Origin: an uncultured Acidobacteriota bacterium
Lineage (GTDB): Bacteria > Acidobacteriota > Terriglobia > UBA7540
Length of the DNA stretch: 64,000 bases
Direction: 5' to 3'
Assembly: GCA_963804995.1 (NCBI GenBank)
Contig: CAWDSK010000003.1
Coordinates: forward strand, 320,001 to 384,000
In this document: positions 49,203 through 61,042 of the stretch, piece by piece
Numbering within the stretch: the first letter of the stretch is position 1
How the letters are laid out: each line of letters opens with the position of its first letter
Program-made: the position numbers and the translations under genes
Notes under the pieces: model-generated
The model's database searches: none
Seen by the model: the letters and a program-made list of their open reading frames with translations, nothing else
What the model was told of the DNA's origin: nothing

Positions 49203-50036
49203 TTGGCTCGCAAGCCTATCGTTACGCTGATTACGGATTTTGACACCGCGGACCACTTTGTCGGCACCATGAAGGGTGTCATCCTGAACATCAACCCGGA
49301 TGTCGAGATCGTGGACATCTGCCACAAGGTTGCTTCCTACGACATCTTCGACGCGGCCTTCACGCTGGCCCAGAGCTACCGCTTCTTCCCTTCCGATACC
49401 ATCCATATGGTGGTGGTTGATCCGGGCGTAGGCACCTCGCGCCGCCCGCTGCTGGTGCGCACCATGAATTACAAGTTCGTAGCGCCCGATAATGGTGTGC
49501 TCTCCTTGATTTACGAGCGCGAGGAGAATGTGGAAGTCCGCCATATCACCTCGGACCATTATTTCCTCAATCCGGTCAGTTACACCTTCCAAGGGCGCGA
49601 CATCTTTGCTCCAGTCGTGGGCTGGCTGAGCAAATGGGTGGAAACGGATAAGTTCGGTGAGTTGATCACAGACTTTACCAAGCTCACTTCCCCCAAACCC
49701 AAACGCGTGGGCGATAACCTTATCAAGGGCATTGCACTGAAAATAGACAAGTTTGGCAATATCACCACCAACCTTACTCCCGAAGATGTTCCCCAGTTGT
49801 TTTCGGAGAATCCTCCCCCCTTCAAGATCCTCATTAACCAGCAGAAAATCACGCGCTTGAACCTGGCCTACTCGATGGGTAAGCCCTCGGAGATCTTCGC
49901 CATTGTGGGAAGTTCCGGGTATATCGAAATCTGCACCAATCGGGGATCGGCGGCGAAAGTCCTGAACGTGAACCGCGGCGCAGAGGTGGGCGTGATGCTC
50001 GGCAACCCCGCACCGGCAATTACCGAGTCCGCCTAA
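49203..50036 (+). CDS. SAM-dependent chlorinase/fluorinase (DUF62, SAM hydroxide adenosyltransferase) family protein
   Basis: ITDF, VVDPGVGTSRR, APDNG, TFQGRDIFAP, IDKFGN. Confidence 0.9.
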   Translation: MARKPIVTLITDFDTADHFVGTMKGVILNINPDVEIVDICHKVASYDIFDAAFTLAQSYRFFPSDTIHMVVVDPGVGTSRRPLLVRTMNYKFVAPDNGVLSLIYEREENVEVRHITSDHYFLNPVSYTFQGRDIFAPVVGWLSKWVETDKFGELITDFTKLTSPKPKRVGDNLIKGIALKIDKFGNITTNLTPEDVPQLFSENPPPFKILINQQKITRLNLAYSMGKPSEIFAIVGSSGYIEICTNRGSAAKVLNVNRGAEVGVMLGNPAPAITESA

Positions 50037-50188
50037 GGGGTCGTCCTCCAAAGCAGCATCCCCTGATTTACCGAGTTCCACTCCGGCCACACGTGTCTTG
50101 ACTCACCCCCTCCCCGATGCTAGGCTCACGCAAGTTTTAAGCGCAAACGGTCGATTAGACTGTTGAACCTTCGAGGGGGAGAGACACT

Positions 50189-50896
50189 ATGTTGGGACCT
50201 GAACTGGAAACTTACCGAGGCAACAAGATTGTGATGGTGGTGGTTGCAATCCTGGCACTGATGCCGGCCTCCATTGCCTATCTTGCCTTCACCACCACAC
50301 CCGACAAGGGTTTCCAAGTCTTCGCCCTCTTCCTTCTGGCCGTGCCGATTTTCTTTATCTTCTGGCTCAAGTCGATCCAAGTAACGCTCCACAACGACGG
50401 CATTACCTATCGGTCGCTCTTCGGCGAAAAGGAAATGCGCTGGGATGCGGTGGATCGCTTCGGCTACGAGGCGGTCAAGCGCAGCGTCAATTTCATTCCC
50501 GTCGGGACGTACTACCTTTTTAGATTGAAAGACGCCGAAGGCAAGAAGATGCGCATCGGTAACCGCGTCGAACATCCCGCCAAACTGGGGGAGAAACTCA
50601 TCGAGCTGACCTACCCGGAGCTTTACCGGAAAGTCGTCGAGCGCTACAACAATGGCGAAGTCCTGGATTTTGGCGCGATCAAAGTGAGCCACGCGGACGG
50701 CATCAAAATGAAGAAATTCTTTGGCCACAAAGTAATTCCCTGGAACCAAGTCTCCAGCTATGCCATCCAAAAAGGAACCTTTTACGTTTGGCGGGTTGGA
50801 GAGAAAATCACCTTTGGGTGCAGCCTGCACAATGTCCCCAACGCCTTTGTCTTACTGGGCCTTTTAAAGGCGATTTGCAACCCTAGCGCCACGTGA
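50189..50896 (+). CDS. Hypothetical membrane protein (2 TM + PH-like domains)
   Basis: Two N-terminal hydrophobic helices; MRWDAV and IPWNQV motifs. Confidence 0.65.
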   Translation: MLGPELETYRGNKIVMVVVAILALMPASIAYLAFTTTPDKGFQVFALFLLAVPIFFIFWLKSIQVTLHNDGITYRSLFGEKEMRWDAVDRFGYEAVKRSVNFIPVGTYYLFRLKDAEGKKMRIGNRVEHPAKLGEKLIELTYPELYRKVVERYNNGEVLDFGAIKVSHADGIKMKKFFGHKVIPWNQVSSYAIQKGTFYVWRVGEKITFGCSLHNVPNAFVLLGLLKAICNPSAT

Positions 50897-51249
50897 GTGC
50901 GGGGTTAGGGGTTGGGGAGGTAGCGCGGTGCAGCGGGGCCGCGAGAGATAACCAAAAGGGAAATGGCAAAAGGTAAAAATGAAAAGCCGCTGCTGACAGT
51001 GGCTACTCCCTGGGCCCTAGAACCCCCTCACCCCCCGGCCCCTCTCCCCCAAAGGGGCGAGGGGGGAGTTAATTTCGGTTTACTAGGATGAGACAGGAAG
51101 GTTGATTTGGATTTATAACCCTCGCCCCTTTGGGGGAGAGGGTGGACCGCCGTCCCAATGCATTCTAATGGGGGGGCGGGAAGGGGGCCCCACGTTTTGC
51201 GCGGTGGGGGTGAGGGGGTCACACAGTAATCATCGAAGGAGGGAATCGT

Positions 51250-52263
51250 ATGAAAACTCATGATTCCCCGGGTGGTGATTTGAAGCTTCGCCGGCCACGC
51301 ACCCCATGGCGCATGCTTTTGGCCGTTGGTGCGTTGCTGGGTACCGCCATCGTCATGGGCGCAGCCATGCAAGCTGGCAAGCGGGAGCCGCCGTGGATGC
51401 CCCCCGATTTGATGCCGGAGCGGCCGCCCATCGTGGGCATTTCGCACATCGGCCTGAAGGTAAGCAACCTCGAGGCGACACGCCAGTTCTACGGGCATGT
51501 CCTCGGGTACGACGAGCCCTTCAAGGTGGATAACCCGGACGGCTCGCTGGCGCACACCTACTTCAAGGTAAACGACCACCAGTACATTGAGATATTCCCA
51601 TCTCTCAAAAGTCCCGACGAGGACCGGCTCTCGCATATTGCATTTGAGACCACGGACTCCCAGGCTTTGCGCGATTATCTTGCTATGAAGGGCGTGAAAG
51701 TCCCCGACCGGGTTAAACCAGGGCACGACGGCAATCTGAACTTCACGATTACCGATCCCGACGGCCACCGGGTGGAATTTGTCCAATACATGCCCGGGTC
51801 ACTGCACATGAGCAACTTCGGCAAGTTTATGCCTGAGACGCGCATCTCCGACCACATCCAACATGTGGGAATCACGGTGGCGGACCGTGCCGCGGCTGAC
51901 AAGTTCTACAAGGATATCCTGGGATTCCGGCTCGGATGGTATGGCGGCGCGACGGACCAGCGCACAGATTATGTGAATATGGGAGTTCCGGAAGGCAATG
52001 ACTGGGTGGAATACATGCTGAACGTCCAGAAACCCACCCCCAGGGAACTGGGCGGTAATCACCACTTGTCGTTGGTAGTGCCCAGCGTTCGGGCGAGCGC
52101 CAAGGTTCTGACCGCTCGTGGATACAAGGCAGAGAAGCCAGACGTAGGGCGCAACGGCAAGCGGCAACTGGATTTGTATGATCCCGACTTGACGCGGGTA
52201 GAACTGATGGAACCCAAGCCCGTCCGGACACCCTGTTGCTCAGTCGTGCCGGATTGGCAGTGA
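51250..52263 (+). CDS. Exported two-domain VOC/glyoxalase family protein
   Basis: ISHIGLKVSNL..FY, DPDGHRVEF, IQHVGITV, DPDLTRVELM. Confidence 0.88.
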   Translation: MKTHDSPGGDLKLRRPRTPWRMLLAVGALLGTAIVMGAAMQAGKREPPWMPPDLMPERPPIVGISHIGLKVSNLEATRQFYGHVLGYDEPFKVDNPDGSLAHTYFKVNDHQYIEIFPSLKSPDEDRLSHIAFETTDSQALRDYLAMKGVKVPDRVKPGHDGNLNFTITDPDGHRVEFVQYMPGSLHMSNFGKFMPETRISDHIQHVGITVADRAAADKFYKDILGFRLGWYGGATDQRTDYVNMGVPEGNDWVEYMLNVQKPTPRELGGNHHLSLVVPSVRASAKVLTARGYKAEKPDVGRNGKRQLDLYDPDLTRVELMEPKPVRTPCCSVVPDWQ

Positions 52264-53519
52264 GCGCCGAATAAGTTCAAGCGGCCCTGCGCTGACCAGC
52301 AGGCCCGCGGCCAGCAAATACATTCCCGCCACCCAAACGAATGCCGGTTTGTACCCATGCAGGTCGATGAGGGGCCCGATCACTAACTGCGCTCCGGCGC
52401 CGATAAAGGTCCCCGCCGCCCCCGTCATTCCATAGAGAATCGCCACGTGCTTGGGGGAGAGATCTCCGTGATCACGGTATGAATATTGGTCGACCAGGAT
52501 TGATGCGCGAACAGGGCCACACTCACCAGCGCCAATGCCAGGAAGGTTGCGGGAGCGAAACCGGCTGAGGCACTGAGGGCGCAAACAAACGCCGCAGCCA
52601 GCAGGACGGTCCTGCGACTGCGATGCAGGCCCCAGCCCCTGCGAATCAGGGCGCTGCTCGCGGCCGCTCCGGCAAAGGCGCCCACAAAGGAGCAGAAATA
52701 GGGGATCCAAAGGAGTTTGCCTACGGTATCGAGTGAAAGACCTCGGGCTTCCCGAAAGTAGCCAGGGATCCAGAAGAGATAGAAATACCAGGCTGCGTCT
52801 GAGCACGCCCGCGCCGTAAGCACACACCAGTATTTATGAGTCTTCAGAACTTCACCCAGCGTAACTTCTGGCTCGGCAGGAACGCTGGCGGCGGAATCGC
52901 GTTCTTCGGTCAGAGCAACGTCAGGTTTCCCGGCAGCGATCCGCATGCGCCGATGAATCAGCAGCCAGGGGGGAAGGAGCAGGAAGCCGAGCACGCCGAT
53001 CAGCAAGAACGACGCCCGCCATCCATAATGAAGAGTTGTCCAGGCAACGAGGGGTGGGGTGAGCAACATTCCCAAGCTGATGGCCGAAAGGATGGTGCCC
53101 ACGGCCTTGGCGCGGCTGGCAGGTGGAAACAGTTCGGCGGCCCCGCGCATGGCGGCGGGATAATAGCTGCCCTCTCCCATCCCCAGCATGGCCTGGCAAA
53201 AAACCAGACTCCGAAGTCCCTGCACAAACGTGTGGGCGATGGCAGCGAATGACCAGAAGAGCACCGTCAGCGAAAACGTGCGGCGGTATCCCAGGCGATC
53301 CGCGATCCGGCCTCCCAGGATGTAAAAGATCGCATACATCACCAAAAACGCGTGGATGGCCCGCCCGTAGTCAGCGTTGGTAAGTGCAAGGCCCCGCCGC
53401 ACATCGGGCATGACCACGCTCAGCATCGAGCGGTCAATGTAGTTCATCATCGACCCTGCGAACAGGAGCACGACGATCAACCGCGGAAAAGTTTCTTGCC
53501 AAGCCGATTTGTTTGACAT
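52240..53519 (-). CDS. MFS transporter (ExuT/ACS-like) split by one -1 frameshift near 52455
   Basis: NYIDRS, GRIADRLG, LFWIPGYF; final helices HVAILYGMTGAAG lie in the adjacent frame. Confidence 0.85.
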
Positions 53520-53566
53520 GTGACGGAGGCTTTATACTACGTCCCGCTCAGAAAGGGAGAAGAATC

Positions 53567-54754
53567 ATGACCCACCGGGAGCGCATTCTGGCTGCAATCC
53601 ACGGCGAAGTGCCTGACCGGCTGCCCTGGGTTCCTCGACTGGAATTCTGGCACCGCGTCCGCTTGCGGCAGGGAACGTTGCCGCCGGAGTTGCGTTCCCT
53701 CACGCTGACTGAAATCACTGAGCGCCTGGACGTGGGCTGTTATTCCTCGGTCCCTGACTTCACCGATGTCGCCAACGAAAACGCCATGATCGACCGGACA
53801 CTCGGCCTGTATCATCTTCCGGTCATTCCTTATCGCGTGACGCTCGAGGACGTGGAGCGCCGGGTGACCCATCGCGGCCAGGAAACCGTCGTCGAATATC
53901 ACACTCCGGTTGGGACCATCCGCACCGCCTCGGTATTAACCGAGGAAATGCTGGATGCGGGCGCGTCCATGTCGTGGATCACCGAGCATGCCATTCGCGA
54001 GCCGCGTGATTTCGAGGTCGTCGGCCATATCTTTTCGCACCTCAAAATCGAGCCATACTTTGCGGGCTACCTCGCCCGGCGCCAGGAAGTGGGCGAGCGC
54101 GGCCTCGCCATCGGCTATCTTCAGGGAACCGGCGGCCCCATCCAGCACATCATGAAGGAATTCATGCCACTCGAACAGTTCTTTTATGCCCTTAATGATT
54201 ATCCGGAAAAAGTTCTCCGTCTGGCGGAGCAAATCGAGCCCTACTTTAAGCAAATCGAGGCCATCGGCCTCGACTCCCCGGCTGAGGTCCTGCTGCTCGG
54301 TGGTAACTATGATGATTCGATCACTTATCCGCCCTTCTTTGAGAAGTACATCCTTCCCGTTCTCCGTAGTTACGCCGAGGTGCTGCATCGCAAAGGCAAA
54401 TTCCTGATGACCCATACCGACGGCGAGAACCAGCGGCTTTTCCCCTTGTACCGGCGCGCCGGATTCGATATCGCGGACTCCGTGTGCCCTTACCCGATGA
54501 CCCGCTGCCGGTTGGATGAGATTCGCACTAACTTCGGCGACCACGTTACGATTTGGGGCGGCATTCCCTCCACCCTGCTTTGCGCCAGCAGTACGCCGGA
54601 AGACGAGTTCCGCCGCTCCATCGATGCGACCGTCGAACGCTATAGCCGGGAAAGCCACTTCATCCTGGGCGTCAGCGACATGGTGACAGCCGATTGCGAG
54701 TGGGACCGGTTGCAGTACATCACGGAGAAGGTTGCCGCTTGCGGCACTGCCTAG
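53567..54754 (+). CDS. Uroporphyrinogen decarboxylase-family protein
   Basis: MTHRERILAAIHGEVPDRLPW, HTDG, TIWGGIP, FILGVSD. Confidence 0.8.
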   Translation: MTHRERILAAIHGEVPDRLPWVPRLEFWHRVRLRQGTLPPELRSLTLTEITERLDVGCYSSVPDFTDVANENAMIDRTLGLYHLPVIPYRVTLEDVERRVTHRGQETVVEYHTPVGTIRTASVLTEEMLDAGASMSWITEHAIREPRDFEVVGHIFSHLKIEPYFAGYLARRQEVGERGLAIGYLQGTGGPIQHIMKEFMPLEQFFYALNDYPEKVLRLAEQIEPYFKQIEAIGLDSPAEVLLLGGNYDDSITYPPFFEKYILPVLRSYAEVLHRKGKFLMTHTDGENQRLFPLYRRAGFDIADSVCPYPMTRCRLDEIRTNFGDHVTIWGGIPSTLLCASSTPEDEFRRSIDATVERYSRESHFILGVSDMVTADCEWDRLQYITEKVAACGTA

Positions 54755-54830
54755 CCGGGATTCGTACGCTGCATCTCTTCCTTCTTTCAAATTGATCATC
54801 GGGACCACTGGCCTTCAAGCCCGGTCCACT

Positions 54831-56210
54831 CTACCGGCTTGGCAACGGAACAATCACGGCAGCGTTGAATCCGTCCATGGCGTGTTGATCGGGGCGGGTA
54901 CGAAGGAATCCTCGCGCGTCGAATAAAGGTGCTAATCCCGGGAATTCCAGGGCGAGCTCTGGCGCGGTTTTTGCTCGAAAACTGGGCGCTTCACGCAAAA
55001 CCTTCTCGACGATCCTTTCGTTCTCTTCGGGTTCGAGTGAGCAGGTCGCATAAATTAAACGCCCGCCGGGCGCTACGGCTCTCAACGCATTCCGCAACAT
55101 CCTGGCCTGTAATTCCGCGAGGCGTGTGATGTCTTCAGGGTGGAGCCGCCATTTGATTTCCGGGTTACGCGCGAGTGTGCCGGTTCCTGAACACGGCGCA
55201 TCCAGCAGAATCCGGTCGAACTTATATTCAAAGGGAAGCTCGCGTGAGGCATCAAGTCGAAGCATCGACAACTGAACCGCCGCCGGGACCCATTTCGGCA
55301 GGAGTTGTGCCAGGGTGCGCAGACGTGAAGCGCTCGCGTCGCACGCTACTAGCGTTCCCTGCCCCAGCAACTGCGCGAGTTCTCCCGCCTTTATTCCCGG
55401 CGCCGCGCAAAGGTCGAGCACACTCTGCCCGGACTGCGGCGCGACAAGTGCTGCCACCAGTTGCGAAGCTTCATCCTGAATAACAATCCGGCCCTCGCGA
55501 TAAGCCCGGGTCATCAGAACCTGACCCGATTCCACGTTCAGTCCGTGTTCCTTGGCATACTGGCAGGGCGTTGTGGCGACTCCCTCCGCTTCCAGTTCCC
55601 TGCGCACGTCTTCCAAGCTAGCAACTGGATCGACCAGGCGCAGCGTGGTGCGGGGCGTCATGAGGCTCGCATACGCCAATTTCCACGCGCCTTCGACGCC
55701 AGCTTCGTGGCTTGTCGCGCACATCGCTTCCCAGCGTTTCAAGAGCCACTCGGGGAAGGCGTGCCGCACACTCTCACGATTCTCGCGACTGAGCTGCCCA
55801 AATTCGCGCCCAGTTAATCGATCGATGGGAGGCTCGCACTTCCGCAAGACGGCATTCACCAAACCCGCCGCGGAACGCTTGCGCGCAGCCTTGGTAAGCT
55901 CCACGGCGTCATTCACCACGGCAGACTTGGGGATTCTTTCAAGAAACCGAATCTGGTAGACACCCATTCGCAGCAGGGTCAGCACTTCCGGATCGAAGCC
56001 CTTCAACTTCTTTCCGGAGAGTTGCTCGATCTGAAAATCCAGCTCGCCGCGCCAGCGCAATACACCCATCACGATTTCGGTGGCGAGTCGCCGGTCAGGA
56101 TCTTTCAATGTGGAAACCTTTGGACTGTGGAGCAAATCCACAGCGAACGCCTGGCCGGATTCGACGCGGCGCAGCACGTCATATGCAATGTGGCGAGCAG
56201 GAGAAGGCAT
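54831..56210 (-). CDS. rsmB: 16S rRNA m5C967 methyltransferase
   Basis: NusB-like N-terminus, IQDEASQ, DLCAAPG, DAPCSGTG, YATCS. Confidence 0.92.
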   Translation of the reverse strand: MPSPARHIAYDVLRRVESGQAFAVDLLHSPKVSTLKDPDRRLATEIVMGVLRWRGELDFQIEQLSGKKLKGFDPEVLTLLRMGVYQIRFLERIPKSAVVNDAVELTKAARKRSAAGLVNAVLRKCEPPIDRLTGREFGQLSRENRESVRHAFPEWLLKRWEAMCATSHEAGVEGAWKLAYASLMTPRTTLRLVDPVASLEDVRRELEAEGVATTPCQYAKEHGLNVESGQVLMTRAYREGRIVIQDEASQLVAALVAPQSGQSVLDLCAAPGIKAGELAQLLGQGTLVACDASASRLRTLAQLLPKWVPAAVQLSMLRLDASRELPFEYKFDRILLDAPCSGTGTLARNPEIKWRLHPEDITRLAELQARMLRNALRAVAPGGRLIYATCSLEPEENERIVEKVLREAPSFRAKTAPELALEFPGLAPLFDARGFLRTRPDQHAMDGFNAAVIVPLPSR

Positions 56211-56272
56211 GAGGAGCATTATGCCTCAGGAACGCTCCATCGGAGTGGCTTAGCACGGCCAAATCGCTAGTG

Positions 56273-56383
56273 AAAAGTCATAGGAAAAAAACGCAAGAGG
56301 TTGGGGATTTAAGTGGGACCTCGCGCGCTATGCCCCGCGGAGAGCAACATGTGAGACATGTTCCCACATTGACAAAAAGTCGT
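56273..56383. repeat. ~110-bp dispersed intergenic repeat, copy 2
   Basis: Matches 2092-2197. Confidence 0.8.
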
Positions 56384-56428
56384 GAGCCGGCAATCGTAGC
56401 GGGGGCCGGGCTGAGTCAGAATTCTGAT

Positions 56429-59400
56429 TTAGTTCTGTACCGTCAGCGTCAAACCCAGGGCATGACTTACGACCGGAGTAGTCGCCGTCAGGGTCACAAC
56501 AAAACTGCCTGCCGCCGTCCCGGGCGAGGGCGCGCCCAAGCCATTGCTGATCTGGCCGCCGCCACCGCAACCCGGCAGCAGCAGCGCCGCGCACAGAAGC
56601 GTGGCAAGTCCCCACGCAGCGCGTCGCCGGAAGCTGCCGGTGATTGCAGCCACCAGCGCGAGGATGGCGAGCAGCATCACGCTCCCCCAAAGCCCTCCGT
56701 GGCCCCCGAATCCACCCGGCATTGGGGGGCTTGGGGGCATCACGGCGGAGGGCGCAGTGGTCTGGACTGTGACGGTCACGTCCACCGGTGTTACCCCGTC
56801 AAGGGTGGTTGTCAAAGGTGAAATCATGCAAGTCGATTCCGCGGGTGCTCCGGCACAGGTGAAACTGACCGCATCCTTAATTCCCACCGGCGTCAGCGTG
56901 ACGTGAAATGCCGCCGTCTGTCCGGGCGCGACGGTGAGTGCCGGCGCAGATCCGTGTGCCATGGCCAGGGAAAAATCCATCCCCGTGCCGGTCAGGGCAA
57001 CCGTCTGCGGACCGTCTGCAGCGTTACTGGTAAGAGTAAGATTCGCCGTGCGAGTCCCAGCCGCCGTGGGAACAAAGCTTACGCTCATCGTACAGTTCGC
57101 TCCCGGATTGAGTGATCCACCGCACTGGTTCTCGAACGCAAAATCACCGCTCGCCGCACCGGTGATCGCCACATTGTTAATGGTAAGCAGCGCGCTACCC
57201 GAATTGCTCAGAATCAGCGGCTGAGCGTTACCCGGCTTACCCACTACCTGGCCTGCGAAACTCACACTGGAGGGCGAGAGCGCGACCTCAGACGCCGTCC
57301 CCGTGCCCGTCAGCACGACCGCCTGAGGGCCCGTCGTGGCATTATCCGCCAGGCTCAGCGAACCCACTACGCTTCCCACCGCGGTGGGTGCGAAGCTTAC
57401 GGAGATTGTGCAATTCGCACCTGCGGCGAGGGACACAGGACAATTATGGGAAACCACAAAATCCGCCGTGGGATCGATACTCTGAGATTTTCGAGCGGGG
57501 CGTTGCCGGTATTGCTCAAGCCCACGCTCTGCGGCGAACTGGTGGTGTGCACACGTTGGTTTCCGAACGCGAGACTCGAAACTGAAAGGCTCACGACAGG
57601 TTCGGCCACGCCAGCGCCCGTAAGGGCCACTGTCTGCGGACTGGAAGCCGCGCTGTCCGTGATGGTCAGAGTTCCAGGCCGCGAACCTGCCTTGGTAGGT
57701 GTAAAGGTTACAGAAATTGTGCATTGCGAGCCTGCGGCCAAGGCCGACGGGCAGGTATTCGTCGCAACAAAATCTCCGCTGGCGGCGATGGCGCCAACGG
57801 TGAGCGTCGCGTTTCCCTGATTCGCCAGGGTCACGATCTTTGCCGCACTGGTGGTTCCCAGATTTTGGGGATCAAAGTTCAAGCTACTAGAGGAGAGTGA
57901 AGCGTCCGCCCCTCCAATCCCCATCCCATGCAGCGTCACATATTGCGGACTGCCGGGAGCGTTATCGTTAATCGTCAGCACCCCGCTCGCATCGCCGTCT
58001 GCCAGTGGAATAAGGCTCACACTGACTTTGCACGCCGCGCCCGGGGCAAGCGTAGTGGGGCAACCATTGCTTACCGTAAAGGGGCCAGTGGCCGTAATTT
58101 CACCAAACTTCAGAGGGGCCGCGCTCGGGTTGCTGACGGTTATAGCCGCCTCTGGACTCGCACCGCCCACCGGTTGTGCCCCAAACTGGACTCCGCCCGG
58201 GTAGAGGGCCACGAGGGGCGGATTCAGTGTCACGTAAAACGCATTGGTCAAAACTGAGCTGGCCGCGAGGTCAAGGCTGCCGTCACCGTCGAAATCCCCC
58301 GTGACCCAGCCCCCATCCGCCTTACCGGCGGGGATGGCGACGGGTGGCATAAAAGTGCCGTCGCCCTTGCCGGTCAGAATGAAAACCCGGCCGTCAAACT
58401 CTCCGATCAGCAAGTCCAGCTTGCCGTCGCCGTTGTAATCGCCCACCAGGATCGATTGCAGCGTCGCGCTGGTCGGCACCGGGTAGGATTGGCCAGCCTG
58501 GAACGTGCCATCGCCATTCCCCAGCAGCACCATCAGGGAGTTGTTCGTGGCCACCACCAAATCAATTTTGCCGTCGTGATTAAAGTCGCCGGCAGCAATC
58601 GCGCGGGCGCCGCCGGGAAGCGAATAGTCGGAGCGTGCTCCGAACACGCCATTTGCCCGGCCGGGAATGATGGAGAACCCACCCTCAAACGCTACCGCCA
58701 GGTCCACGTAGCCGTCGCCATTGAAATCGCCGGCCACGGCCTGCCAGGGCCCGACTCCGGTTGACAGCGTTCCTCCGCTCTGGAACGTACCGTCACCCCG
58801 GCCGAACAAAATCGAAAGGCTGTTGCCGAAGCCAAAGCCGTTGTTCACCACCGCCAGGTCCAGGATGCCGTCCCCGTTTAAGTCCGCTGCCAGGACGGCA
58901 ATCGGGATACTCCCGACCGGGTAATCGGTGCGCGGCCCGAAAGTGCCATCGCCGTTCCCGAGATAGACCGAAACGCTGCCCGTTCGAGCAAGGAAGAGAA
59001 CTACAAGTCTGGTTCACCACCGCCACGTCCAGCTTGCCGTCGCGATTGAAATCTCCTATGGCCGCACCCACGGGCAGAAGTCCCGCCGGAGACGTGGCGC
59101 CGAAATGGAAAGTTCCATCACCGTCACCCAGGAACACCGAAATCGAGCTGTCAGCAAGGTTGGTGGTTACCAAATCCAGCTTGCCATCGCCATCGAAATC
59201 ACCCGTCGCGATGGCGAGCGAACCGAGCGACCCTCCGTACGGTTGGGGGCTCGGGAAAGTCCCGTCCCCGCGGCCCGCGATGATGGAAACCGTGCCCAAC
59301 TCACTCAACACCACGGCCAGATCAGGCTTGCCGTCATGGCTGAAATCCCCCACCGCCAGAGCCGTCGGCTGGCCCGGCAGCATGTATTGGGTCTCCGCCT

Positions 59401-60487
59401 CGAACGTTCCATCGCCAACCCCGAGCAGAATCGAAAAGGTCTGTTCCGCACCGTTGCCCACTACGATATCGAGCCGGCCATCCCCATTAAAGTCACCGGC
59501 TGCCAAAGCGGTCGGGTAAACTCCGGTCGAGTAGTCCAGGTGAGGCGCGAAGGTGCCATCGCCCTTGCCGAGCAAAATCGAGACCGCATTCTCCGCGCCG
59601 TAGGTCACTGCCAGGTCAGCCACCCCATCGCCATTGAAATCCCCCACAATGACCGCATTGGGACCTGACAGCACCAGCGTGTCGCCCGCATGCTGAAACG
59701 TGCCGTCGCCCCTCCCCAGGAAAATCGAGATGGTGTCAAGGGCGGTGGCCACGGCCAAATCCAGTTTGCCGTCCCCATTGAAATCGCCCACCGCCACCCA
59801 CTCCGCCGCCGCGGGAGTGCTGTACGGGGTGGGCGCCTGGAACGTGCCATTGCCATTGCCGAGCAGAACCAAAAGGGAGTTGAGCGATCCGTTGGCAACG
59901 GCCAGATCCAGCCTGCCGTCACCGTTGAAATCTCCGACGGCAATCGATTGCGGTTGGATCCCCGAAGCCAGCACGGTCTGCGCTCCGAACGTGCCGTCAC
60001 CATTGCCGAGCAGAATGGAAATTGATCCGTTGGTCCCGCAGTATAATTCCGTCTCGCAGTTCTGGTTGGCGATCGCCAGGTCCTGCCGTCCATCCCCGTT
60101 AAAGTCACCCACCGCCACGGCCACGGGCTGATTGCCGGTCGCATAAAATGTGGCAGGCGCGAAGGTGCCGTCCGCCTTGCCCAGCAGAATCGCCACACTA
60201 TTGCGGCTGGATTGCACGACGGCGAGGTCAAGGATTCCATCCCCATTAAAATCACCGACCGCCACCGACGCAGGCCCCGCGCCTGTGCTGCCCACGGAGT
60301 AAGTGGCGCGGCCGAACATGTACCCCTGGGCCCGCGCGTTCGGCACAGTCACTAGCACCGCCAGTAGGAGTGCCGAGAATGTCCACACGGCGCTTCGGGT
60401 TCGGCCCATCGTGCGGGCAGCCCTTTTCGGCGTTGAGGGCGAGGAGAAAATAGAACATTTAAACTGGCTGCAGGTTACTAGGCGCAT
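56429..60487 (-). CDS. Large surface protein: FG-GAP/VCBS repeats + choice-of-anchor D (ASPM/Hydin-like) Ig domains + C-terminal TM pair; interrupted by frameshifts near 58985 and 57490
   Basis: Many GDFNGDGxxDLAV / LGxGDGTF repeats; C..L..GA.C.I.V.F.P domains; three overlapping ORFs in successive frames. Confidence 0.85.
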
Positions 60488-60908
60488 GGTAGCTTCCCCG
60501 GATTGGTGTGTCGTCGCGTGCCCGGCAGGAAGCACTGCGTGCGGAATGGAATAATCAGTGGCGTGGGACGCAGGGGTCCCACGGCGTTTATTCCTGGCGA
60601 CTGACCTCAGGTGGGGGACGCCGCCTCATGATGTAGAGCGATGCACTGAACATGCGAAATCTTATAACGCCTTAATCCCTGAGTCAACAGGTTTAATATA
60701 AGATAATCATTAGAACAACATTAGAACCTTCTAATTTGGCAAATCCTACAGGGCAAAGGGGATGCTAGTGCTGAGGATCTCGCTGCGGCATTGGGCAGGG
60801 GGAAACGCGTCCCCCACGGGGTGTTTTTGAGGATTCGCTTGGATGTGGGGATTGTCTAATAACTCATTTAGGTTGGCTGGCGCAACCGACCCGAAGCCCC
60901 AAAAGGAT

Positions 60909-61042
60909 TTCACCACAGAGTTCACAGAGGTCACAGAGAAAAGAGCGACGAAAAGACTGTGAGCTGCTAACCCGGAAGCGTGCTCTCTACCCACGCCATC
61001 AGAAGCGTTTTTCTCTGTGGTCTCTGTGCCCTCTGTGGTGAA
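60909..61042. repeat. Inverted pair of 9-mer tandem repeats (CACAGAG core)
   Basis: TTCACCACAGAGTTCACAGAGGTCACAGAGAAAA ... TTTTCTCTGTGGTCTCTGTGCCCTCTGTGGTGAA. Confidence 0.8.

Noticed and set aside
49203..50036. Halogenase biosynthetic cluster
   Set aside because: No biosynthetic neighbours; overall motifs match the common DUF62 family.
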